64,000 nucleotides of DNA from an uncultured delta proteobacterium. Its GTDB lineage: Bacteria; Myxococcota_A; Polyangia; Polyangiales; Houyiibacteriaceae. The stretch is taken from assembly GCA_963699755.1 (NCBI GenBank), contig CAVOVB010000007.1:192001-256000 (forward strand), written 5' to 3'. The position numbers were made by a program, and so were the translations under genes. Under the pieces are notes generated by a model. The model did no database searches. It was given only the letters and a program-made list of their open reading frames with translations, and had not been told where the DNA came from. Positions 9,566-18,548 of this stretch are shown piece after piece (within the stretch, counting starts at the first letter, position 1; each line of letters starts with the position of its first letter).

Positions 9566-10254
9566 TCGCGATTACGGCCGTCGGCATGGCACTCCAAGCA
9601 GAAATTGGGAGATGCCTCTCCACTCGGGTAGCGGCCGACCTCGTTGTGTTTTGGATCCATCCGGGCGCGCGTGTGCTCTCCGTCGTGGCAACCAACGCAA
9701 TCGCTGTTCTCGCCGCCCACCGGCGATCCGAGCGCAGGGTTGTGGCAGGACACGCAGTCGTTCCGGTACGGCGAATGCGCCCCGTTCTGAATGGGAAACG
9801 CGTTCTCGGGATGCGTACCGCCAACCGCTGGCGCCCACGCTTCGGTCGTATGGCAGTTCTCGCAGGTCGTGGGGAAGTCTGAGTGTCCCGGATACGGGCT
9901 GCTGTCATAGTCGTCTTGATGACATCCGACGCACAGGGTGGGGGTGCCCTGGAAGACCGCTGGATTTCCGACGTGGCATGACGCACAGTCGACGTCGGCC
10001 GCCGCATGCGCGCCATTGAGCGGCCACGGATGCATGAACAACCGTGCCGGCTTCCAAGCGTCGCTGCTGTGGCAGGTGCCGCAGGTATCCGGAAAGCCTT
10101 GATGTGGGGGGTTGAGGGCGTGCTGCACATCCTCGGCGTGACAGACGATGCAATCCGCACCGCGCACCTCGACGCGCGCGTGGTCCTGCGTGCCGCCAGT
10201 GCACGCATGGTTGAGCAAGAGCACGCCCAGCACCCCGATCCTGAGAAATCGCAT
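9562..10254 (-). CDS. octaheme cytochrome c, probable lipoprotein
   Basis: 8 CxxCH motifs; signal MRFLRIGVLGVLLLNHA-C (imperfect lipobox). Confidence 0.9.
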   Translation of the reverse strand: MRFLRIGVLGVLLLNHACTGGTQDHARVEVRGADCIVCHAEDVQHALNPPHQGFPDTCGTCHSSDAWKPARLFMHPWPLNGAHAAADVDCASCHVGNPAVFQGTPTLCVGCHQDDYDSSPYPGHSDFPTTCENCHTTEAWAPAVGGTHPENAFPIQNGAHSPYRNDCVSCHNPALGSPVGGENSDCVGCHDGEHTRARMDPKHNEVGRYPSGEASPNFCLECHADGRNRD

Positions 10255-10482
10255 CACCCGTCGGCCACCAATCCGCTCACCCAAAGTTAGCACCTCTGGC
10301 TTAGACTCGGTAGCTGACCGACGAACAGGGGAAGCCCTGTAACACGCTGAAAAAACAGGCTTTGAGGGGTACGGAGCGGGATCTTGTCGACCGACGCAGC
10401 CGAGTGCTTGAAACTGGGCCTCCGATGTGCCTCTGTTCTCTCACCAATCGAGGGCGAACCTTGATTTGAGGGCCCCTTACAT

Positions 10483-10500
10483 TTAACCTGGCGGGGTTAA
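10483..10500. promoter_or_regulatory. palindromic operator candidate TTAACC-N6-GGTTAA
   Basis: Perfect 6-bp inverted repeat in the AT-richer divergent intergenic region, 16 bp before the 29-heme start. Confidence 0.4.
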
Positions 10501-10516
10501 TCACAATGGCATTAGA

Positions 10517-12724
10517 ATGTCACCCATGAGGCTTAGTTCTCGTGGACCGCTTGGGCGCCTCGCGGCTCTCGGGCTAGTGGCCACCTTGTTGATCGGCGTG
10601 GGATGCAGTGGGGCTGCGAGTCCGTCTCACGAACCGGGGAGGATCGTTCAAGCCGAATGCATCACGTGCCATGAAGCAGACCGCAAGGCGGCGATCAATC
10701 CACCGCACGCTTCCCTCCCGAGCACATGCCAGGACTGCCACACGGAACACCAATGGGACCCGGCTGTGTCCACCACCATCCACACGCCGCTTCCGACATC
10801 TTGCGTAACGTGTCACGAAAACCAGCCCCGGCCGCAAACGCTCTTCCATACGCAGGCCGTCGAGACCGAGTGCGTCAACTGCCACCGAAACTATCCGGAT
10901 TGGACGCAGGCCAACTTCCTCCACATGCCCGCGCCTCGCGCCTGCGCAGATTGCCACGCGGATCAGAGGCCCAACACGCCCACGCACCAAACCTCGCAAG
11001 GCCAGGGCGACTGTGCGTCGTGCCACATCATCAACGACTGGGCGATCACCGACCCGGCGGCGCTTCACACCCCGCTGCCAGCGTCTTGCGTGACATGTCA
11101 TGAAAACGATACGCAACCGCAGACGATCTTTCACACCCAAGCCGTGGAGAGCGAGTGTGCGAGCTGTCACACGAACTATCCGGATTGGACGCAAACCGAC
11201 TTCCTTCATTCGCCCGTGCCGAGCACCTGCAACGACTGCCACAGCGACCTCAGACCCACGACGCCCACGCATCAATCGACCGCGGGCCGGGGAGACTGTG
11301 CCGGCTGCCACGTCGTGGACGACTGGGCCATCACCGACCCGGCAGCCATTCACACGCCGCTGCCGGCATCCTGCAAGACGTGTCACCAAGACACTTTGCA
11401 GCCCCAGACAATCTTCCACACCCAGGCCTTCGACACCGAGTGCCGCAGCTGTCACCGAAGCTATCCGGATTGGAAGCCGGCTGATTTCCTCCACACGCCC
11501 GTGCCCAGCACCTGCGATGCTTGCCACAGCGATCTGAGACCCACGACTCCTACGCATCAATCGGCCGCAGGCCTCGGGGACTGTGCCCGCTGCCACGTCG
11601 TGGAAGACTGGGCCGTCACCGACCCGGCCACACTCCATGCGCCGCTTCCGGCAGCGTGCATATCGTGTCACCAGAACGAACCGCGACAGTCGACGATTTT
11701 CCATACCCAGGTCCTCGAGCCCGAATGCGCCGGCTGTCACCGGAGCTATCCGGATTGGACACCGGTTGACTTTCTCCACGCGCCTGTGCCCGACACCTGC
11801 TTGGACTGTCACTCTGATCGAAGACCCGACACGGCCACGCACCAAACCGCGGCGGGCCAGGGCGACTGCGCCTCCTGCCATCTCGTCAGCGACTGGACGA
11901 CGGCCGATCCGGAGGAGCTCCATACGCCGCTTCCAGCATCTTGCATGACATGTCACCAAAACGAGCCTCGGCAACCGACGATCTTCCACACCCAGATCGC
12001 TCAACCCGAGTGCGCGCGCTGTCACCATCAATATCCAGGTTGGACGCCGGCTGACTTCTTGCACGCGCCCATTCCAAACACCTGCAATGCTTGCCACAGC
12101 AACCTGCGGCCCAATACTCCGACGCATCAATCAGCCGCAGGACTCGGGGACTGCGCCAGCTGCCACGTCGCGAACGACTGGACACTGGTCGATCCGACAG
12201 CGCTCCACACACCGCTTCCGGCCGCTTGCATTGCTTGTCACGCCGACGAACCCAGGGCGAACAATCCGCTACACACGCAAACATACGAACCCGAATGTGC
12301 GAGCTGTCACCGCTCGTATCCGGCCTGGACTCCGGCAACGTTCGCCCACACTCCGCCGCCAACGCGCTGCTATGACTGTCACGAATCGCAGCGCCCCATG
12401 ACCCCAACGCACCCCAGCACTGGCGACTGCCTGGGTTGCCACGCGACGTCAGCCTGGCTTCCGGCAACGGGTGGCGCCCATCCCGAAACTGCGTTCCGGA
12501 TCCAATCGGGAGCGCACTCGAGATATCGAAACGATTGTGCCTCCTGCCACAACGTGGCGCTCGGCTCGCCCGTGGGCGGCGAGAATACCGACTGCGTCGG
12601 TTGCCACGATGGCACCCACACGCGGTCCCGCATGGACAGCAAGCACGGGGACGTGCGCAACTATCCGAGCGGCGCCGCGCCTCCGAACTTCTGCCTAGAT
12701 TGTCATTCAGACGGCCGAAACTAG
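10517..12724 (+). CDS. 29-heme cytochrome c lipoprotein with tandem tetraheme repeats
   Basis: 29 CxxCH motifs counted; lipobox-like LLIGVG-C; six 95-aa repeats. Confidence 0.92.
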   Translation: MSPMRLSSRGPLGRLAALGLVATLLIGVGCSGAASPSHEPGRIVQAECITCHEADRKAAINPPHASLPSTCQDCHTEHQWDPAVSTTIHTPLPTSCVTCHENQPRPQTLFHTQAVETECVNCHRNYPDWTQANFLHMPAPRACADCHADQRPNTPTHQTSQGQGDCASCHIINDWAITDPAALHTPLPASCVTCHENDTQPQTIFHTQAVESECASCHTNYPDWTQTDFLHSPVPSTCNDCHSDLRPTTPTHQSTAGRGDCAGCHVVDDWAITDPAAIHTPLPASCKTCHQDTLQPQTIFHTQAFDTECRSCHRSYPDWKPADFLHTPVPSTCDACHSDLRPTTPTHQSAAGLGDCARCHVVEDWAVTDPATLHAPLPAACISCHQNEPRQSTIFHTQVLEPECAGCHRSYPDWTPVDFLHAPVPDTCLDCHSDRRPDTATHQTAAGQGDCASCHLVSDWTTADPEELHTPLPASCMTCHQNEPRQPTIFHTQIAQPECARCHHQYPGWTPADFLHAPIPNTCNACHSNLRPNTPTHQSAAGLGDCASCHVANDWTLVDPTALHTPLPAACIACHADEPRANNPLHTQTYEPECASCHRSYPAWTPATFAHTPPPTRCYDCHESQRPMTPTHPSTGDCLGCHATSAWLPATGGAHPETAFRIQSGAHSRYRNDCASCHNVALGSPVGGENTDCVGCHDGTHTRSRMDSKHGDVRNYPSGAAPPNFCLDCHSDGRN
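10781..12460 (+). repeat. intragenic tandem repeat, 285-bp period, ~6 diverged copies
   Basis: H(T/A)PLP codons recur at 10781, 11066, 11351, 11636, 11921, 12206. Confidence 0.92.
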
Positions 12725-12745
12725 GGGCCGCACGAAGTCACGCGC

Positions 12746-12946
12746 TCAGAATGCTTTGCCTTCGCTCATCCCGAAACGCTTCGCGATCGTCGCCATGGGG
12801 CAAAAGCCCGTAAAGGAGGCCTGAAACATGTTCAGCCCGACAAAGGCCGGAAGGATGAGCCAGGCGATATTGTGACTGTAGGCGAGGATCACGCCTGCGG
12901 TGACCATGATGCCTGCAACTCGAAAGACCAATTTGTCGATGTTCAT
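12746..12946 (-). CDS. DUF2892 (YgaP-like) small membrane protein
   Basis: 66 aa, two TM helices, VGLNMFQASFTGFCP signature. Confidence 0.85.
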   Translation of the reverse strand: MNIDKLVFRVAGIMVTAGVILAYSHNIAWLILPAFVGLNMFQASFTGFCPMATIAKRFGMSEGKAF

Positions 12947-12972
12947 GATTGCGTTCCTTTCGTTTTGAAATC

Positions 12973-14592
12973 TCAGAAGGAGTAGCGAAGCCTCGCGTAG
13001 ACGTTCGTGTTCTCTTGGAGCTGTCCGAAGAAGCTGTAGTCGTCGCGACCGAACATGAGGTTCGCGCCGATGACGATCGCCAGGGGCTCGACGATCTTGT
13101 AGGTGATGCGCGGCCGGATGTAGGTGTCGAGCTGGTCCGGCGAGAAGAAGACGAAGAGCGAGAGCTCGAGCTTGTCCATGACCAGGAGCTGGTTGAGCCG
13201 TAGCGTGATGAGGTGCCGGAACTCGTGCTGCTCGTATTGAGGCCAGAACGAGCTCGCGATCAGCTCGTCGTACTTGAGCGTGTACTCGAGGTAGTATTGC
13301 AGGCCCATTTGGAACTTCGGAAGGAGCTCACGCTCATAGCCCACCAGTCCCCGGAACTGGGAGTTCGGTATCGCGGGGCTCGTCCCCGCCCGATCCTTGA
13401 ATGAGTCGTAGAACGCACCTTCGACGTTGAAGAGGCCGCCAAAGAGCGGGGTGCGCAGGCTCGCGCCGTAGACGGCCAGGCGCGCGTAGGTGAGCCCCAA
13501 AATGGTGTTCGGATCCGCCGGGTCGGTGAGCGCAAGCGCATTGGGCTGCATCCAGTAACCCACATAGCCATAGGCCGCGAGCTCGACGGCGCCTGCCGTG
13601 CCGTAGAGGCGGCCGTGGATCGTGCCGTTTCGCAGTCGCTGCTCGGGGAAGAACGGATCGATCGGCGTGAGCGGAGACCGATCGCCGACGACCTCTGCGA
13701 CCAGGGGATTGAAGAACGAGAGACGCTGCCCGTTGATGAAGCGATCCGGCTCGAAGATCGGGGTCCAGATCAAGTCCAGTCCGACTTTGTTCATCATGAA
13801 CGTGGTCTGCACCGAATTCGAGGGCGCCTTGAGGTATTCGTCCGCGCGACCGATGAAGAAGGAGTTGAAGTCCTTCGGAAAGAGGTCGTTCAAGAACAAG
13901 AAGTCGCCCGTGCCCCAGGTGAGCACCTGACGGCCGAACCGCATGCTGAACCAGCTTCCACCACGTATGAAGATCGACGCATCTCGAATGTCGAACCAGA
14001 TCCGACGGTCGACGGCGTCCGCGAAGACATCGCCCCGAAAGCGTGCGCTCACGATCTCATGGGTGGCGTCGAGGTTCAGACGAAAGCGCGCCTCGTTTGC
14101 GACGAATTCATTGGCGCTGGCGCTGCTTGGGACGACGCGCGGCGCGATGAGGCCTTCGACGAAGCCGCCGATCTGAAAGTCCCAGGCCTTGGCGCCAGAG
14201 CCTCCTTCTCCTCCACCCTCTTCCTCTTCCCAGTCGTCGAACTCGCCCCAGTCCTCGTCGCCGCCAGAATCGTCGGCCGGCTCGACGTCGCCCGCGAGCT
14301 CCTCGGGCGGATCCGAAGCTTCTGCGGCGTTCAGCGGGCCTTCTGCCTCAGCCTCGAGCGCCTCTTCCGCTCTCGGATCAGGAGACCCCTCGGGCTCAGA
14401 CCGAGTAGATGGACCTGCGTCGGAGCCGCCCGCGCCCTCCTCTTCCTTGGGCGCGGCCATCTCTTGCCCGACTTGACCGAGGGCCCCAGAGGCGAAGACG
14501 AGGGCCGTGAACACGAGCGCAGCGATCGCCAAGCACCTGAGCGAGCCGCCACCCTCGTGGCACCGCTCGGTAGTACAGATCGCCGGTTTCAT
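12973..14592 (-). CDS. outer-membrane beta-barrel protein with acidic N-terminal extension
   Basis: Signal-like hydrophobic stretch; GRQVLTWG motif; C-terminal YARLRYSF beta-signal; start uncertain. Confidence 0.75.
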   Translation of the reverse strand: MKPAICTTERCHEGGGSLRCLAIAALVFTALVFASGALGQVGQEMAAPKEEEGAGGSDAGPSTRSEPEGSPDPRAEEALEAEAEGPLNAAEASDPPEELAGDVEPADDSGGDEDWGEFDDWEEEEGGGEGGSGAKAWDFQIGGFVEGLIAPRVVPSSASANEFVANEARFRLNLDATHEIVSARFRGDVFADAVDRRIWFDIRDASIFIRGGSWFSMRFGRQVLTWGTGDFLFLNDLFPKDFNSFFIGRADEYLKAPSNSVQTTFMMNKVGLDLIWTPIFEPDRFINGQRLSFFNPLVAEVVGDRSPLTPIDPFFPEQRLRNGTIHGRLYGTAGAVELAAYGYVGYWMQPNALALTDPADPNTILGLTYARLAVYGASLRTPLFGGLFNVEGAFYDSFKDRAGTSPAIPNSQFRGLVGYERELLPKFQMGLQYYLEYTLKYDELIASSFWPQYEQHEFRHLITLRLNQLLVMDKLELSLFVFFSPDQLDTYIRPRITYKIVEPLAIVIGANLMFGRDDYSFFGQLQENTNVYARLRYSF

Positions 14593-14626
14593 GGATTTGC
14601 TCCGTGCTCGTCTGCGCGCGCTCCGC

Positions 14627-15436
14627 TCAGCGAAGCCACTTGACGGGCGGATTTCGAAGAGAGCCCTCGACGAAGATGTCATCGGGGATCCCGAGGTCGT
14701 AGCTCACGTTGCTGACGTCGCTCAGCGTGTACCCACCCAACTCGAGATCACTGACCTTGAGCCTGGTGATGGTCGGATGCCCTTGTATGGTGTCCACCTT
14801 GGCGGTTTCGATGCGCCGGTACACCTTGCCCTGCGCGTTTACGTACTCGATCTGGCTGGGCAAGAAAGTCTTCTTGTTGATCCGTAGTGTGTAGTGCACG
14901 AACTCGACGCCCTTGCTGCTCTTGGGCGTGCTCTTCACCACATACTCCGTGTCGGTCGTTTCGATGAGCTCGTGCTTGTCCTCGTCGGGATGTCGCCCGG
15001 AGATATCTTCGTAAAAAAAGTTCGTTCCGACGAAGCTCGTGCGCTCGTCGCTAGCTGCGATTCGCTTCACGAGATCGAGACCTGGAAGGTACAGCCAGCG
15101 ATCGTCGTCCTTGTTAGCATGCTTCTTCACAAGGAACGCCGTGTTGCGAACGTCGGCGGGCTGGTCGAAGACGACTAGGTAGTTCTGGTCGCCTCCGTCC
15201 TTCAAGTCGCGCCTTAGAACCGCGAATTGCCGTCGCTGGGAGCGCCCCTTGCCGTCGACGATCTTCATCCGGATGAGTGCTCGTCCATCTTTTGCCGCGT
15301 AGTACTGGGCGTTGTTCGTGCGATTTACGATTTCACTCGCGTCCTTCAGGTCGCCTGCCTCCGCGGACATCGCGGGGGTCGAGAGAAGAATCGTGGCAGC
15401 GACCGCCGCCAACCAGGTCTTGCTGAGGTCTTTCAT
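14627..15436 (-). CDS. outer membrane lipoprotein-sorting (LolA-like) protein
   Basis: Signal peptide; PADVRNTAFL, DDRWLYLPGL, VKRIA, SFVGTNFFYED motifs. Confidence 0.85.
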   Translation of the reverse strand: MKDLSKTWLAAVAATILLSTPAMSAEAGDLKDASEIVNRTNNAQYYAAKDGRALIRMKIVDGKGRSQRRQFAVLRRDLKDGGDQNYLVVFDQPADVRNTAFLVKKHANKDDDRWLYLPGLDLVKRIAASDERTSFVGTNFFYEDISGRHPDEDKHELIETTDTEYVVKSTPKSSKGVEFVHYTLRINKKTFLPSQIEYVNAQGKVYRRIETAKVDTIQGHPTITRLKVSDLELGGYTLSDVSNVSYDLGIPDDIFVEGSLRNPPVKWLR

Positions 15437-18057
15437 GCTGTTTGCTCCTTGTTGGTCGCAAGGGACGCCGCGGCGTCGTCCTCGCTCGTTGCTACCGTCT
15501 CCGTTTTTGGGGAGAGCCGGTTTTGGATTTGCATCATGATCGAGGGCAGTAGCACCACCGTGACGACGCTCGAGACGGCCATGATGGCTGCCATCAGGAA
15601 GCCCACGGTGTTGTAGGGAACCAGCGGCGCTCCGAGCAACGGAAGGAACCCAATCGCGATGACGATCGCGTTGCGCGTGATCGCCCTACCCGGCTCCTGG
15701 AACATGAGTGACATCGTTTTGCTCCAGTCACCGGTCTCCTTTTGAATTGACCTAGCGCGCTCGAGGAAATGAATCGCGAAGTCGACCGAGAGGCCAAGCG
15801 TCAAGGACGAGAGGACGGCGACCGGCATGTCGTAGTCCTTGCCCACCAAACCGATCAGTCCGTAGGTGAAGACGATCGTAATCGTGAGTGGGACCATCGC
15901 CAGCACGCCGTACAACGCCGACCGGAACAGGATCACCATCATCAGGAACACGATGACGAACGCGCCCATCAAGCTCTCGAGCATTCCGCCGACCATTTCG
16001 TCCTGCCACACCGTGTTGAGGAACGTGAGGCCGGCCCATTGGACGCGAAGGCCCTCAGGCGGAGGGTTGCCGGCCAAGAAGGTGTCGAGGTCGGTCTTGA
16101 CCGACATCATGTCCTGATTGTCACCGCTCTTGAGCTGCACCCAGATGGCGCTTTCACGGTAGTCGGGGCTCACCAAGTGCCAGAGATCATTCGGACGGTG
16201 AGACGACTGGAACTGGAGGAGCGTCTGCGCGACGCCCTCGGTGGAGCCTGGGATCCGGTAGTCCTCGTCATCTCCACTGAGGAGCTCCCGGTAGACAGTC
16301 TTCACGACATCGGCGATCGAGCTCGTCTTGCCAACGAGGGGCAGCGCGTCCGCTTCCTTCTGGAGCCGTTCGATGTAAGCCAGGTGCTCCGGGTTCTGGA
16401 AGGTCTTGCTTGCCGTCTGCGCCTCTTCGAGCGCGGTCTGCACCGCCTGCCACCGCTCCGAGTCTTCGCCGCTGGTGTCAAAGACCAGATCGGAGGTCGC
16501 TTCGATCAAGGAGTCGGAGACGTTCGTCGCCCCTTCCTCGCTCGCTGCTTCCGCATCGGCTTTGAGAGCGTCCCAGCGAGCGCGCATGTGGCCGCTTGCA
16601 CCCTGGAGGGCTTTGTCACCTGCCGCGATGATCTCGGCGCTTGCATCGGTATCCTGCTTCATGACGAGGAAGGCGGTATAGGTGCCGGCGAGCTCTTGGT
16701 TGAGCACCCTGTCGGCCACGCGGATCTTGTGAGAAGGCTTGAACCAACGGACCGGGTTGTCGTTGATATTTATCTGCGTGATGCCGTATCCGCTGATCGC
16801 GATCGCGACGACCGTCACGACGAGAATCGGCTTGGCGAAACGAAGGCTCTTGGCGCCCACGGCTTCCACGGCGCGACCCAGCAATCCACCCTCGCTTGCG
16901 TCGCGCTTGGCCGAGAGCAGCGCCGTCAAGCGTTTCTCGGGAAGCGCAGCGATGTAGGCAGGGACGAACAAGATCGTCAAGACGAAGGCGACGGCGATGC
17001 CGAAGGCGACAAACGCACCGAAGACACGGACAGGCGGAATCGGGGTCAGCATGAGCGATAGGAAACCCGCCGCCGACGTGAGAGATGTGTACAGCATCGG
17101 CGCGAACAGGTGCCCGACGACCTCCTTGATCGCGACCTTGCGATCGCCGGTCTTCGGGTAGATATCCACGAATTCCGATAGCAGATGGACGGAGTCGACG
17201 ACCGCTATGGGCATCAGGAAGATCGGAATCATCGAGCTCATGATATGCACGGTGAAGCCACTCGCGATCAGGGCTCCCATCGTGATGGTCACTGTGGTCA
17301 TGGCGACGATCATCGGCGACAAGACCAAGGCGAAGGAACGGAAGAACCACCACATCAGCAGAAGGATCACCAGAGCAGCAAGGGGCGCGGAAACCGCCAT
17401 CTGCTTGAACATCTCGACGCCAAAGGTGTCCTCGGCTACCGGAAGGCCGGTGATGTAGAACTCATCGCTGTTGTTGCCGAAGCCGGCGATGACCGCTTCG
17501 ATCTCTTGGGAGATGCGGTGGCTCTGATCCTTGCTCTCGATCGGGACGTAGAGCGCGACACTCTTGCCATCTTCGGAGACCACGGTGCCGCGAAGCATGG
17601 GCAGCCGAAGGGCGGCCTCCTTGATCGCAAGAGCCTCCTCCGGAGTCTTGGGTGCTTCCTCCATCAACCATTCGAAGCGAATCGTCCCAGGCCCAGCCTG
17701 CTCGATGTTGTCCATGGTCGAGGGCCCAAGAACGTCCCGTGCAATGACGCCGTCGATCGACTTCAGCCGCTCGTTGAGCTCGTGAATGCGGGCAAGCGAC
17801 TCGGGGTTGAAGACCCCCTCCGGCTCGGCCTCGTTCACGACGCCCACGACGATCAGGTCGTGAAGGGCGAACTCCCCCTTGGTCTCGTTGTGAAAGACGC
17901 GCGCTGCGTCGTGCTCCGCGAGCATGTTCTCCGGATCGGTATCGACTTGGATCGAGGGAATGGCCGCACCGAGGCCGATCGTGAGCACGGCCAGGCCGAC
18001 GAAGATCAGGCGCGTGTGTTGAATTGGGAAATCGAGAATCTTTCGCTTCATGGACAT
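15433..18057 (-). CDS. RND/MMPL family transporter
   Basis: Two halves each with one TM, a large loop and ~5 TMs; IAVVDSVH and GLSVDFAIH motifs; YTSLTSAAGF. Confidence 0.9.
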   Translation of the reverse strand: MSMKRKILDFPIQHTRLIFVGLAVLTIGLGAAIPSIQVDTDPENMLAEHDAARVFHNETKGEFALHDLIVVGVVNEAEPEGVFNPESLARIHELNERLKSIDGVIARDVLGPSTMDNIEQAGPGTIRFEWLMEEAPKTPEEALAIKEAALRLPMLRGTVVSEDGKSVALYVPIESKDQSHRISQEIEAVIAGFGNNSDEFYITGLPVAEDTFGVEMFKQMAVSAPLAALVILLLMWWFFRSFALVLSPMIVAMTTVTITMGALIASGFTVHIMSSMIPIFLMPIAVVDSVHLLSEFVDIYPKTGDRKVAIKEVVGHLFAPMLYTSLTSAAGFLSLMLTPIPPVRVFGAFVAFGIAVAFVLTILFVPAYIAALPEKRLTALLSAKRDASEGGLLGRAVEAVGAKSLRFAKPILVVTVVAIAISGYGITQININDNPVRWFKPSHKIRVADRVLNQELAGTYTAFLVMKQDTDASAEIIAAGDKALQGASGHMRARWDALKADAEAASEEGATNVSDSLIEATSDLVFDTSGEDSERWQAVQTALEEAQTASKTFQNPEHLAYIERLQKEADALPLVGKTSSIADVVKTVYRELLSGDDEDYRIPGSTEGVAQTLLQFQSSHRPNDLWHLVSPDYRESAIWVQLKSGDNQDMMSVKTDLDTFLAGNPPPEGLRVQWAGLTFLNTVWQDEMVGGMLESLMGAFVIVFLMMVILFRSALYGVLAMVPLTITIVFTYGLIGLVGKDYDMPVAVLSSLTLGLSVDFAIHFLERARSIQKETGDWSKTMSLMFQEPGRAITRNAIVIAIGFLPLLGAPLVPYNTVGFLMAAIMAVSSVVTVVLLPSIMMQIQNRLSPKTETVATSEDDAAASLATNKEQTA

Positions 18058-18090
18058 CCGCTCCGTGTGAACTGGACTGAATCTAGGCCT

Positions 18091-18120
18091 CTATATATGC
18101 TCACATAATCATATAGTCAA
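18091..18120. promoter_or_regulatory. AT-rich promoter/operator between RND operon and ArsR gene
   Basis: CTATAT-N14-ATATAG inverted repeat; minus strand TTGACT-N17-TATATA sigma70-like arrangement. Confidence 0.5.
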
Positions 18121-18160
18121 GTGGTGATTTTTTCCAGGAATGGCGCTATAAAGGGAAGAG

Positions 18161-18493
18161 ATGGCAAAAACCGCGCTCACCCCACAGAATCTGGACTCGG
18201 TCGCGACGCGGTTCCGCATCCTCGGGGTCCCGCTCCGGTTGCAGATTCTGAACGAGCTAGCCGATGGGGAGCGGACGGTAACGGCCCTGGTCCAAGCCAC
18301 GGGCAGCACGCAGCCCAACGTCTCCAAGCACCTCACCACCCTGCTCGCACACCGCTTGGTCAAGCGCGAGAAGCGCGGGAACTCGGCGTACTACTCGGTT
18401 TCCGACCCGGCGGTATTCAGGCTCTGCGAAATCGTCTGCGGGAACATCGAGCGGGCGCTCGATGAAGAACGCGCGGCGTTTAGCGGCGGTTAA
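18161..18493 (+). CDS. ArsR/SmtB family transcriptional regulator
   Basis: PLRLQIL...TQPNVSKHL...LVKREKRG...YYS; C-terminal CEIVC. Confidence 0.92.
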   Translation: MAKTALTPQNLDSVATRFRILGVPLRLQILNELADGERTVTALVQATGSTQPNVSKHLTTLLAHRLVKREKRGNSAYYSVSDPAVFRLCEIVCGNIERALDEERAAFSGG

Positions 18494-18496
18494 AGA

Positions 18497-18528
18497 GAAA
18501 GCGCCCCGGCAAAGTCCGAGGCGCTTTC
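18497..18528. terminator. hairpin between convergent genes (possibly bidirectional terminator)
   Basis: GAAAGCGCCCCGG-caaagt-CCGAGGCGCTTTC stem with one mismatch, immediately after ArsR stop. Confidence 0.65.
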
Positions 18529-18548
18529 GACTTCGCCGCTTCGATCGC

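Noticed and set aside
10574..12130. 518-aa minus-strand ORF
   Set aside because: Antisense shadow of the repeat cytochrome; no motifs
10781..12460. Regular DNA repeats as a CRISPR array or mobile element
   Set aside because: Period is 285 bp, in frame, diverged at synonymous sites, with no spacers or cas genes
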